DNA from: an uncultured Planctomycetota bacterium
GTDB taxonomy: Bacteria > Planctomycetota > Planctomycetia > Isosphaerales > Isosphaeraceae
DNA length: 64,000 nucleotides
Direction of reading: 5' to 3'
Assembly (NCBI GenBank): GCA_963845755.1
Contig: CAWJTV010000033.1
Coordinates: forward strand, 1-64,000
Of this stretch, positions 54,650-64,000 are shown piece after piece. The notes beneath the pieces are model-generated. The model was not told the DNA's origin. It was given only the letters and a program-made list of their open reading frames with translations, and ran no database searches. The position numbers and the translations under genes are program-made. How positions within the stretch are numbered: position 1 is the stretch's first letter; each line of letters starts with the position of its first letter.

Positions 54650-55345
54650 CGGCTTCCAGGAGACCTCGACCGTCCTCTTCCCTTCGGAGACTTCGCGGCA
54701 ATTCCACCGGCGCCGGATCGGCCTGGACGGGCCGGTGATCTCCGATCCGATCCGACTCGACCGGGCCATTGCCGAGGACCTCGACCCGCGCTATGTCACA
54801 TTCGCCAACCCGCAGCCGGAGAACGGCCTCACGGCCTTCGCCCGGATCGCGTTGGAACTGGACTGTCGGCGGCCCAATATCCCGTTGCTGGTCGTCGAGG
54901 GCCGGTGGACGTCGGATTCGCTGGCCCGGCTGCCCGTGGATCTCTCGGACCTGACCAACCTGAACCGGATACCCAACACGCCCGAGCCGCGCGACATCTA
55001 CCGGATCAGCCGGGCGGTGTTGATGCCATCGGGCTGGCGAGAGTCGCCGGGCCGGGGTCGCGGTGGAGGCGATGGCCAACGGCATCCCGTACTGGCCGGC
55101 GACCGGGGTGCCTTGCCAGAAACACTGGACGACGCGGGATTTGCGTTCACGATCCCCGAACGGAGCATGCCGACGAATCTCGCGATCCCCACCCCACTCG
55201 AGGTGGCCCCCTGGGTCGCCACGTTCGAACGCTTGTGGGACGATCCGCAGTGCGAGGCCGAGTACCGCGCCTTGGCCAAGGCCGTGACGCGGCGATGGGA
55301 TGCGGCGAACCCCGGAGCCGGGACACGCCCGGAGCTGGCTCGCAT
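54650..55345 (+). pseudogene. Glycosyltransferase family 4 C-terminal fragment
   Basis: VTFANPQPENG, LLVVEGR, RAVLMPSGWRES, EAMANGIP and GDRGALPETL. Confidence 0.7.
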
Positions 55346-55347
55346 TA

Positions 55348-56211
55348 TCAAGCGCTGCTGACGACTTCGCCGCCGTTCCTGGTGAGAAGGATTCGGAGGG
55401 TTGCGGGCTCCAGAGTGATCTTGAGAAACCGGACCGACCCGTCGGCGAGCAGCACGGGCGCGCCGCCGGCATGAGAGTTGGCCAGGCGGGGCAATGGCCC
55501 ATCTTGAGTCCACTTCAAATCTTCGGGCTTGGTCCAGGGGACCAGGGTGTCAGTCTCCATGACCAGGATTGTGTTCGACGTCCCGTCCCAAAACTCGGTG
55601 AAATCCGGCCCGCGCGTCGGTTCGAACGCCGTGTTGACGATTCCCAGTTCGGCCTTCGGCCCGACGACCACCAGGTATCCCGTCAGACCCTTCTGGCGCG
55701 TCGGGCCTTCGGGACACGCAAGTTCCCATGGCATCTGTGGGATCAGGGCGCGGTTGTGGGGACTGTCCCACGGTTCATCCAAATGGAACCGATCGTAGAG
55801 CGACTGGTAGCCGAGTTGCGGCAGGATCGCGACGCGCCAGCTCAAGAGCGGCTTGCCGTCGCGATCGGCCAGCGCCGGAGCGGGTAGGTGCCCCTGCACC
55901 TCGTGGTACTCGTGCAACGCCCGCCCGAGCTGATGCAGGTACTCATGGCACTGCCTGCGCCGAGACTCACGGACAACAGGCACGACCATCCATGCAGCCA
56001 CAAACCATGACGCCAGCGCCGCGACCACAACCGTGCCGACCGCGCGGACCAGGCGCCAGTGATGCCTGATCGCCCGATCAGACCTCGATTCTTCAGGAAT
56101 GACCAGGATGTCCTCGTTCCACGAAGTAGGTCCGTCGATTCCGACCCCGGTATCGCATGCATCATCAGAAATGACCAGGATGTCCTCGTCGCGCGATGTA
56201 GGAGTGTCCAT
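55348..56211 (-). CDS. DUF1559-domain protein without a prepilin cleavage site
   Basis: LLSWRVAILP, FHLDEPWDSPHN, DGTSNTI, PWTKPED and HAGGAPVLLADG. Confidence 0.85.
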   Translation of the reverse strand: MDTPTSRDEDILVISDDACDTGVGIDGPTSWNEDILVIPEESRSDRAIRHHWRLVRAVGTVVVAALASWFVAAWMVVPVVRESRRRQCHEYLHQLGRALHEYHEVQGHLPAPALADRDGKPLLSWRVAILPQLGYQSLYDRFHLDEPWDSPHNRALIPQMPWELACPEGPTRQKGLTGYLVVVGPKAELGIVNTAFEPTRGPDFTEFWDGTSNTILVMETDTLVPWTKPEDLKWTQDGPLPRLANSHAGGAPVLLADGSVRFLKITLEPATLRILLTRNGGEVVSSA

Positions 56212-56542
56212 GATCGCTCCCCCGAATACAAGTTGAACCTATGACAAACGTCATATCTACTCTGACAATAGTCACAGGAAGGCCCGATGTCAAGCGATCG
56301 GACCGGGCCACCGGCGCAGCCAGGGGTTCCAGAGAGGTTCACGCACGAACGTCATTAGTATCAATAATAACTCTAATATTTTCATATTTTATATATCATA
56401 TTGACGCCGATGAATTGAGGGTCCGGTTGGCCCACCTGTTATCTCACCTGTTCTCAGGAGCACGGACCTCGGGGACGACGCGATCGGGTTTCGGACGATC
56501 CGCGCGAGCACCGTGGTGGGCGCGACCCATCCGGGCCGCGCT

Positions 56543-57232
56543 CTAATCGGGAGGTTCCCGGGAGGTCCGGAGTCGCCCTTTAAGCGTGGCGAGCTCGTCC
56601 TCGACGCGCCGGGCGTGCTCGCGCGATGCGATGTCGGCCTCCAGATCGGTCTCGCCGCTCTCGTGGAGTTCGGCCAGGGCCCGGGCCTCCGCCTCGGCCT
56701 GATCGATCCGCTGGGACATTCGTTCGAAGCGAGCGAAGCCGTTGGTTCCTCGCGAGGAGGAGCAGGTCATCCCCCGCAAGGCGCGACCGGCTTCGACCAT
56801 CTGACGTCGGGCCGAGAGGCTGGCGAGCTTCCGTCGGGCCTCGGCCTCTTTGGCCCGCATGGCGTTGATCTGACTGCGAAGGGCCTGGGCCGTCCGCTCG
56901 GCCGACGATTGTTGCTCGGCGAGTGCCAGGGTCATGGCCTGATGCTCGAGTACGCGGGCGATCGCCTGGCGAGCGAGGTCGTCATCACCGTCTCGAACGG
57001 CCGCTTCGGCCCGAGTTTGCCAGCGCCGGGCCTTTTGCTCGTGGTCCGAGAGGTCTCGGGCCAGCAGGCGTTCGCCGGCGATGGCACGGGCTGCGGCGGC
57101 GGTCGCATCCTCGATCATGGTCGCCATCTCTCGGATCGCTTGCTTGAGCATCACTTCCGGATCCTCGAACCGGTTGACCAGGTCATTCAGATTCGCGGCG
57201 ATGATGTCGCCGACGCGGCGGAATAGTCGCAT
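56543..57232 (-). CDS. PspA/IM30 (Vipp1, ESCRT-III-like) family protein
   Basis: LFRRVGDIIAANLN..EDPEVMLKQAIREM, DDDLARQA, FERMSQRI and VEDELATLK. Confidence 0.9.
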   Translation of the reverse strand: MRLFRRVGDIIAANLNDLVNRFEDPEVMLKQAIREMATMIEDATAAAARAIAGERLLARDLSDHEQKARRWQTRAEAAVRDGDDDLARQAIARVLEHQAMTLALAEQQSSAERTAQALRSQINAMRAKEAEARRKLASLSARRQMVEAGRALRGMTCSSSRGTNGFARFERMSQRIDQAEAEARALAELHESGETDLEADIASREHARRVEDELATLKGRLRTSREPPD

Positions 57233-57975
57233 GGAAGGATCTCCTCCGGGGAAGACGTCGGAAGGGAAGCCGGCCGAGATGGCCGAACGGTAAATTCGGG
57301 CTGGGCGTCCTGCCAGGTGATTGCCGAGATGCCTTCGATGGCGGTGGCGATCTGGGCCACCAGCTCCTCGGCCCGGGACGCGGGCGCCCCGGTGTACTTG
57401 GCCAGGTGGATCATCGAGACCAGTTCCCGGACCCACGCCAAGGTACCCATCAGGTCTTCATACGCGCGGCCCCGAACCTGGCGGAGCCGGTCGAGGTTCG
57501 CCCGCCGGGACTGCTCGCTCTGGCGGCAGCGGTCGCTGGCCTCCGGTCCCGAGGCCGCGGGCATCGGCTCGCGCCTCGCAGGCTCCGCTCGGGCGAGCAG
57601 GCGGTCCATCTCGCGAATCCGCTCGGCTTGGGCGCGCCAGGCGGTACTCAACTCGTGAAAACAGTCGGTCTCATGAGCCAGGACGTCCTCGACCCAGCCG
57701 TCGAGACTCGCCAGGGCCAGTTCCAATTCGGTCTCGACCTGGGCGATGGCTTGCGCCATGGCATCGCCATCGCTCGGATCGCGTGTGGTTTCGGCGATCG
57801 ATTCGGGTCGCGGTCCCGAGAGCAGGATCGGCAAGTACAACGGCCAGAAGACCGCGGCCGTTGCGACCCGGAACGCCGCCGAGCCGCGGCTGCGGCGGGA
57901 ATCCGACAGGAATACCGCCGTCGCCACACCCAGGCCGATCAGTAGGTAGAAGATGATCGTCACGCTAAATCCCAT
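57187..57975 (-). CDS. Conserved hypothetical membrane-anchored coiled-coil protein
   Basis: Two N-terminal TM helices with FWPLYLP, followed by a helical domain. The 3' end overlaps pspA and is uncertain. Confidence 0.65.
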   Translation of the reverse strand: MGFSVTIIFYLLIGLGVATAVFLSDSRRSRGSAAFRVATAAVFWPLYLPILLSGPRPESIAETTRDPSDGDAMAQAIAQVETELELALASLDGWVEDVLAHETDCFHELSTAWRAQAERIREMDRLLARAEPARREPMPAASGPEASDRCRQSEQSRRANLDRLRQVRGRAYEDLMGTLAWVRELVSMIHLAKYTGAPASRAEELVAQIATAIEGISAITWQDAQPEFTVRPSRPASLPTSSPEEILPCDYSAASATSSPRI

Positions 57976-58017
57976 GGCCGCGCTCCTCGTCAAAGGCTGG
58001 GCGACTCGGACCGGCCT

Positions 58018-58755
58018 TCAGCCGGCGAGGCGGGTCCAGAGCCAGTAGATCATCACCGGTGTGACCGTGGTGTAGCAGACCGACCAGGCCAGGGTCAGTC
58101 GGCGCAGGAAGGTTGCGCGGCGGGCCTGGCGACAGGCTGGAAGGGTGTCGGCCAGATCCGTGAAACCCACGAACAGCGAACGGACGCCCCAGAGTCCCGC
58201 CAGGAACGGCAGCGCCAGCCCTACGGCGATCGTCCACCGCATCCACTCGGCCGGGGCCGAGAAGACGGTCATCCCCAGGGAGACGGCCACGTAGATCGGC
58301 AGGGCCCCGACCAGCACCACCGCGGTGACGGACAGGCACTTGACCGCGTGAGCCGTCGCCTGGAGCATCGACAACTTGACGCCCGCGAGCAGCCCGTAGA
58401 AGTAGAAGCTCGGCAGGCAGACGCCGGTGGCCGCTACCAGCCCCACCACATACGCCAGGGTCAGGCTCGCCCACGTGCCGTCGGACCATCGCGCCGACGG
58501 CACCCAGGGAGGCAGCGTCGAAACCAGGTTCACGATCAACGTGGCCGCGATTCCAAAGATCGTGAATCCCAGCAGGGCGAGCGCCAGGAGCCGGGGAATC
58601 AGATCAGGTGCGCGCGACTCATCGCGGATCAGGGCATCGAGACGCCGGCGGTCCTTGAGTATCAGATCCACCAGCTCGATCGTCCGGAGATTGTCGTTGG
58701 GTTCGCCGACCACCCACGACTGGGCAGCCGGTTCCCCGAGTGTCAGGGTCTGCAT
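58018..58755 (-). CDS. Hypothetical multi-TM membrane protein (Yip1-like architecture)
   Basis: About five TM helices; CLPSFYFYGLL motif. Confidence 0.7.
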   Translation of the reverse strand: MQTLTLGEPAAQSWVVGEPNDNLRTIELVDLILKDRRRLDALIRDESRAPDLIPRLLALALLGFTIFGIAATLIVNLVSTLPPWVPSARWSDGTWASLTLAYVVGLVAATGVCLPSFYFYGLLAGVKLSMLQATAHAVKCLSVTAVVLVGALPIYVAVSLGMTVFSAPAEWMRWTIAVGLALPFLAGLWGVRSLFVGFTDLADTLPACRQARRATFLRRLTLAWSVCYTTVTPVMIYWLWTRLAG

Positions 58756-58806
58756 GGTTCCCTTCCTCGCCTGTCTTGTGCTGGAGGTTGATCAAGGCTT
58801 CCGAAA

Positions 58807-59434
58807 TCACACGCGTAACACGAACTCGAAGAGACCGAAGGCGTAGAACAGCTCCCCACCGATCGCCGAGACCACCGCCAGCCACAGAACGGGCCAACGC
58901 CCGCGCCGGGGCTCCAGGACCTCCATGACCCGGCCGAAGATGTCGACCATGGACACACCGACTCCGGTGAAGACGACGAGATTGACCGCGCGGCACCAGC
59001 CAGGCGACGCGGGACGGGTCCGCCACCAGGTCCGCCAACGCCGCGGTGAAGAACCAATTGATGGGGATCGACGCGATCATCGCGAGGCCGCCCCAGCTCG
59101 TGGTCACGAGGGCGGCCAGCAACGTGGTGCTCGCGCGGAGCCGCGAGCCCGAGAGACTGTTGAAGATGTAGAGCGAGGGCAGGGCGATTCCCCATGACAG
59201 TCCGGCGGCCATCGTGCAGAGCAGGCCATCCCGGACGATGACGCGCGGCCCGCCGAGCAGCCCCATCGTCAAACCATAGGTGGTTGTGCCGAGGATCGCC
59301 GTCAGCGCGAGCGCGGCGAAGACCCACCAGGAATACGGGACCTCGTCCTCATGCCATCGGCGGGCGAACTCTTCGGGCTCGCGCAGGGCCATACCCACGT
59401 GCGCGAGGCCGGATCGTAATTGCGTACGCAACAT
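58807..59434 (-). CDS. Hypothetical multi-TM membrane protein, paralogue of the downstream gene (frameshift ~58990)
   Basis: ALPSLYIFNSLSGSRL and ASIPINWFF. The corrected C-terminus GGELFYAFGLFEFVLRV ends at 58807. Confidence 0.7.
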
Positions 59435-59545
59435 GGTTCCTCTCCTTTGGCGACAAACCGAGCGTTCATCCACCTGAGGCGGCGACGACGCGATCGGAAT
59501 TCGTGATCTGCTACTACAGGAGGGAACCGCAAAGATCGGCCGGGA

Positions 59546-61268
59546 TTAACCGGCGTCCGCCGATTTCTTCATCGGGAGCCCGGCCGCGCGGGCCGCGCGG
59601 ACGCGACGCCGGTGGTATTTCAGGCCGGGCACGAAGAAACCTGCCGCGGAGACGACGCCGAAGAGCGTCAGCCCGAACCGGGGCCAGATGGCCATCAAGC
59701 CGGCGGTCAGGAACATCGCCGCGGCCGGGAAGTAGAAGGTGCCGGAAAGGATGCCGGCCTTGATGAAAAAGACCATCCCGCTGAGCACCGCCAGCACCGG
59801 CGACAGCGCCAGCACCGGCAGGCCGAGCAGCATCTCGATCCCGAACAGCAAGGAGCAGCCGATCATACTGGCGGCCCCAGACGTGGGCGATTTGCCGTTC
59901 GACGAACGTCACCGGGCCGCCGCGATGGCGCAGCGTCCAGAAGATGAGGGCCCAGGTGCTGAAACCGCCCGTCCAGATGAGCAGATAAGGTCCCGGCGAG
60001 GTCACGCCTCGCTCTTGCAGGAGATTGGTGATCACGCAGAGCAGAACGACCACCACGCTGTGCCAGATCCAGAGGAGGCCCCAGTTCTCCAGCACGGCCG
60101 CATGGTGGGTTTCGCGAAGGGCGCGGCTGACGACGGCCGAGATCCGCCCAGATCGAGCCGAGATCGGCTCGCCGGCCAGGTAGGCTTCCAGGTCGCCGGC
60201 CAGCGCGGACGCCGAGGGATAGCGGAGATCGGCCGGCTTCTGGAGGCACTTCAAGGCGATGAGTTCGAGGTCTCGGTCCACCCTCGGGTTGAGCAGGTGA
60301 GGCGGCAGCGGCTCCTGTTCCAGGACCAGGAAGATCGTGTCGAGTGCCGTGGCGGCCTGGAACGGCGGACGGCCGGTGAGCATCTGATAGAGGATCGCAC
60401 CCAGGCTGTAGACGTCGCTGGCCGGTCCGATCCGGCCGCGACCGCCTCCCACGACCTGTTCGGGCGCCATGTAGCCGGGCGTTCCCACGATGGCCCCCGG
60501 TGACGTGAGGCTGGGTCCTGCGTCGAGCCGCTTGGCCAGCCCGAAGTCGGCCACGTGAGGCCGTCCCTCATGATCGATGAGGATGTTTGAGGGCTTGAGG
60601 TCGCGATGGAGGACGCCATGGTGATGAGCATAATCCACCGCATGGCCGATCGGAGCGAGCAACGTGGCCGCTTCCCTCGGAGGGATGGGACCGTCGGCGA
60701 GCCGTCGAGCCAGGGACTGACCCTCGATCAACCTCATGAGGAAATACGGCTGCCCTTCGTGATCGCCCACCGCGAAGACCGGGACGATGTGCAGGTGATC
60801 GAGCTGGGCCGCGGAGCTCGCCTCCGCACGAAAACGGGCCACATCCAGCGGCGAGGCCGTTGACGCGTGGAGCAGGATCTTCAGCGCCACGATCCGTCCC
60901 AGGCCCGGCTGTCGGGCGCGGTAGACGACGCCCATGCCGCCCCGGCCGAGCTCTTCCAGGAGCTCGCAGCCGCCGATGCGTCCCAGCGAGGCCAATTCCT
61001 CGGACGGTTCGTCTGGGCCGAAACGCGTCGTGCGCGGGAACGTTGCCGTGGCGTTCGATTCGACCGTGCGAGCCAGTTCTTCGGCGACCTGGGCCGTCAG
61101 CCAAAGTTCGCGCAGTTCCTCGCCGATCTCGGGATGCTGACGGACGACCGCGTCGATGTCGGGATCTCGACCCTGACCGAGCTGCTCGGCCATCTCGGCC
61201 AGGAGGCGGGCGAGCTGATCGTCCACCGTCGCTCTAGAGGCTGGGAAGGGCGCGGATTCCATGGTCAT
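59546..61268 (-). CDS. Hanks-type Ser/Thr protein kinase with a C-terminal multi-TM domain (frameshift ~59870)
   Basis: LGRGGMGVVY, VALK, HRDLKPSN, DFGLA, GTPGYMAPEQ and SDVYSLG. Confidence 0.92.
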
Positions 61269-61897
61269 CCCGCCTGACTCGGTGGCGTACCCAGGACGGC
61301 GCGCAGCCGTCGCAAGGCTCGCAGGTAGCGCATTCCGGCGGCCGGCTCGCTCAGGCCCAGGGCCCGTGCGGCCTCCGCATTCGAGAAGTGCTCGAAGTGC
61401 CGAAGCAGCAGCACTTCGCGGTCATCCTCCCCAAGTTCCTGAAGCGCCGCCTGGAACCGTTCGGCCAGCTCGCGGCGGATGGCCTCGGCCGCTGGAGTCG
61501 CACCCTGGTCGCGCAGTTCCGCGGCGAGGTCGAGCGAAGAGCGGTCGAGGAACTCGTTGGCGGCAATGGGCCGTTCGCGGTCGATGCTCCGGCGAGCGGC
61601 CACGCGATGACGCCGATGAACGTCGATCAATCGGTCGAGGGCAATCTGCCTGAGCCAGAGTTGGAACGGCAACGCCGGGTTGCGCAGGTAGTCGGCGAGG
61701 CGCCGGCTGGCCTCCAGTAGGACGCTCTGCACCACATCACTGGCATCCTCGCGACGTCCCACGGCCCGATCGAGCCGGACAGCGATCATGCGGCGCAATG
61801 GCTCGCGATGGCACGCCAGCAACCGATCGACGGCCGACGGCTCATCCTGCGCCGCGTGTTCCAGCATGGCTTGCGTTTCGGTCGCATCAGGCCACAT
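61265..61897 (-). CDS. ECF sigma-70 factor, planctomycete type (TIGR02984-like)
   Basis: DASDVVQ, WLRQIA, DREVLLLRHFE and MRYLRALRRL; 4-nt overlap with the kinase gene. Confidence 0.9.
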   Translation of the reverse strand: MWPDATETQAMLEHAAQDEPSAVDRLLACHREPLRRMIAVRLDRAVGRREDASDVVQSVLLEASRRLADYLRNPALPFQLWLRQIALDRLIDVHRRHRVAARRSIDRERPIAANEFLDRSSLDLAAELRDQGATPAAEAIRRELAERFQAALQELGEDDREVLLLRHFEHFSNAEAARALGLSEPAAGMRYLRALRRLRAVLGTPPSQAG

Positions 61898-62112
61898 GAC
61901 ACGGCCCCGTGATCTCGGCCCGGTCGGTCACTGCTGACAGAGCCCGTTTCCCTGACTCCCAAGCATAACGACTTGCTCCGTCGCGTTACAACGAGGGGGG
62001 TTCCCGATCACGTTCCTCCTGTCGGTCGTGCTGTCTCCGAATCGCTCCACCTTACGTTACTCAGTGTATTGCGGCGTTTGACCAGCTACTTCCCCGACGG
62101 AAAGACCCTGTC

Positions 62113-62817
62113 ATGAAGCCTGAACTCGACCGATCGAGCCGACGACTCTTCCTTGGTGCCTGCGCCAGCGGTGCGGCGTTCTTCACGACCACGGGGCTGT
62201 TCGCCGAACAGCTCGCCGTCACGCCTTCCCGCACCGAAGGCCCGTTCTATCCCGACAGGCTGCCTCTCGACCAGGACAACGACCTGATCCTGGTCAAGGA
62301 CAGCACAACCCCCGCCGTGGGTGAAATCACGCACCTGACCGGGCGGGTGCTCACCGCCTCGGGCAGCCCGATGCGCGGCGTTACCATCGAGATCTGGCAG
62401 TGTGACGCGAACGAAGTGTATCTCCACACAGGAGACAGCGAGTCGAAGGCCGACCAGCGCGACAAGAACTTTCAGGGTTTCGGCAAGTTCACCACCGGCT
62501 CGACCGGCGAGTACCGCTTCCGAACCATCAAGCCGGTGCCGTATCCCGGCCGGCCGGCCCCGCACATTCATTTCAAGGTGAAGAAGGGAGACCGGGAGCT
62601 GCTCACCTCCCAGATTAACATCGCCGGACACCCTGGCAACCTGGTGGATCACGTCGTTCTCGAGGGGATCAGCATCTTCGACCGCGAGTTGCTGATGACG
62701 GAGTTCCGGCCGATCAAGGGGTCGAAAATCGGGGAGTTGTCCGCGAACTTCGACATCATCCTCGGCCGGACACCCGACGAGCGCGTGTTGTCGTCGCGCC
62801 GGCGCCCAGATCGTTGA
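62113..62817 (+). CDS. Intradiol ring-cleavage dioxygenase family protein with a Tat-like leader
   Basis: SRRLFL, TEGPFYP, IEIWQCD, RTIKPVPYPGR and PHIHFK (candidate Fe ligands Tyr/Tyr/His/His). Confidence 0.88.
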   Translation: MKPELDRSSRRLFLGACASGAAFFTTTGLFAEQLAVTPSRTEGPFYPDRLPLDQDNDLILVKDSTTPAVGEITHLTGRVLTASGSPMRGVTIEIWQCDANEVYLHTGDSESKADQRDKNFQGFGKFTTGSTGEYRFRTIKPVPYPGRPAPHIHFKVKKGDRELLTSQINIAGHPGNLVDHVVLEGISIFDRELLMTEFRPIKGSKIGELSANFDIILGRTPDERVLSSRRRPDR

Positions 62818-62872
62818 GAGTCGGGTACGAGGCTGAGAACCCGCTGGAAACTCGAAACCGTGGAGGAACCTC

Positions 62873-63562
62873 ATGGGAAGCCGCACTGGAACGATCGCGT
62901 TTGTCGGCTGGCTGTGCGCAGCGCAGGCCGCGATCGCGCAACCACCTGAAGGGCCCGGCGCCGGGCCTGGGCGTGGGTTTTCGAAGCAAGAGGATGCCGA
63001 TGATCTGGTATCGCGGATGCTGGCCTTCGACGCCAACAAGGACGGCTATCTGATCCGGAGCGAAGTGACCGACAATCGGCTGCTCCGGTTGTTCGATCGA
63101 GCAGACGCCGACAAGAACGGGAGGGTCACGAAGTCGGAGCTGACCGCCCTGGCAGAGAAGGAGCACGCGGACCTTCGGGGCGGACCCGGCTTCGGGCCGC
63201 CGGGCGGTCCAGGAGGATTCGGCCCTCCAGGAGGTCCGGGATTCGGCGGTCCGCCGCGCCCCGGTGAGATCCTTCCCGCGATGGTCCAGGACCGTCTCAG
63301 ACTGACCCCCGAGCAGAAGAACCAGCTCGCGGGCCTCCAGAAAGAGGTCGATGCCAGGCTCGAGAAGATCCTCAACGACGACCAACGGAAACAACTCATC
63401 CAGATGCGCCGGCGGGGACCCGGTGGTTTCGGCCCGCCCGGTGGCGGCGGACCAGGCGGTTTCGGTCCCCCGGGAGGCCGGCGACGGCCGGCAGGTCCCG
63501 GCGGAGGACCACGACCGGAAGGTCCAGGCCAAGCCCCCGATGGTGAGCGGCCCTCAAGTTGA
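62873..63562 (+). CDS. Secreted EF-hand protein with Gly/Pro-rich repeats
   Basis: Signal peptide; DANKDGYLIRSE and DADKNGRVTKSE loops; GGPGGFGPP repeats. Confidence 0.8.
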   Translation: MGSRTGTIAFVGWLCAAQAAIAQPPEGPGAGPGRGFSKQEDADDLVSRMLAFDANKDGYLIRSEVTDNRLLRLFDRADADKNGRVTKSELTALAEKEHADLRGGPGFGPPGGPGGFGPPGGPGFGGPPRPGEILPAMVQDRLRLTPEQKNQLAGLQKEVDARLEKILNDDQRKQLIQMRRRGPGGFGPPGGGGPGGFGPPGGRRRPAGPGGGPRPEGPGQAPDGERPSS

Positions 63563-63663
63563 GTTGGCGGGTAGCCGTCCGAGCAATCCTCCGCAACTCG
63601 TTCATTCGCTCCAAGATGACTCCCGCTCGGATGATCGCCAGAATCGCGAGGTCCACGATGCGT

Positions 63664-64000
63664 TTATGGCTCGGCCTTGGGAACTCGGTTGGCGTTCCGT
63701 TGAAGGAGCTTTTCCAGGATGGCCGGGTCGATCTTGACTGTCTTCTTCGGCTTCTTCACCGCTTCCGGGTCCGCATTCGTCAGGGCAATCTTGGACGAAT
63801 CCGAGGACCGCGCCGGTATCGTGTCCGTGGTCCCGGGCGCCGGCTGGCCCCGGGATGAGGCGGCATTCGCCTCATCCCCGGAGGGCGCCGAGCTGGCACG
63901 TTTCTGTGGTCGAGGCACGGTCTTGACCGAGGGTGCTGGCTTGGGCCCGCCCAGCAGATACGGGAGGGGGAATTCCTTCGGATCGGCCTGGAGCAGATCT
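63664..64000 (-). CDS. 3' end of an unidentified gene (partial)
   Basis: The frame is open from the window edge to the stop at 63664; the tail is low-complexity. Confidence 0.45.
   Translation of the reverse strand, partial: DLLQADPKEFPLPYLLGGPKPAPSVKTVPRPQKRASSAPSGDEANAASSRGQPAPGTTDTIPARSSDSSKIALTNADPEAVKKPKKTVKIDPAILEKLLQRNANRVPKAEP

Noticed and set aside
54216..55361. 381-aa ORF as a novel transposase-glycosyltransferase fusion
   Set aside because: It is composed of unrelated decayed fragments linked by out-of-frame sequence.
63180..63480. GGPGGFGPP DNA repeats
   Set aside because: These are ordinary low-complexity coding repeats, common in planctomycete secreted proteins.

Overview
GC-rich bacterial chromosomal DNA from a planctomycete, most likely Isosphaeraceae (Singulisphaera/Aquisphaera-like), inferred from DUF1559 prepilins, a PVC-type heme-binding dehydrogenase, a planctomycete-type ECF sigma factor and GTAG-type REPs. 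In order it contains: an ISAzo13 element cut by the window edge; an ABC-type permease; a GDSL hydrolase and a heme-binding dehydrogenase; a secretin-less T2SS/type IV pilus-like cluster (hidden Cys-rich mini-gene, GspE, three GspF paralogues, three minor pseudopilins, five tandem DUF1559 prepilins with a recent ~905-bp duplication); an ISKra4 element inside a dead secreted-protein gene; rhomboid, LURP/scramblase and HIT genes; the S10-spc-alpha ribosomal cluster (rpsJ to rplQ, lacking rpmD, adk and infA, with a RelE/ParE toxin-antitoxin pair between rplO and secY); a TIGR03118 PEP-CTERM protein; an intact IS5; two beta-repeat hypothetical proteins; a CzcA/CzcB efflux pair; a pseudogene mosaic; an ECF sigma-Ser/Thr kinase-membrane protein-PspA operon; and a Tat-signal dioxygenase with an EF-hand protein. 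Single-base frameshifts occur even in essential genes (rpsD, rpsM, rplV, rplC), so most are probably long-read sequencing errors. The most striking unexplained structure is a set of paired, inverted 7-mer tandem arrays in about nine intergenic spacers, with different units from site to site. Family assignments come from motif recognition only; no database searches were run.
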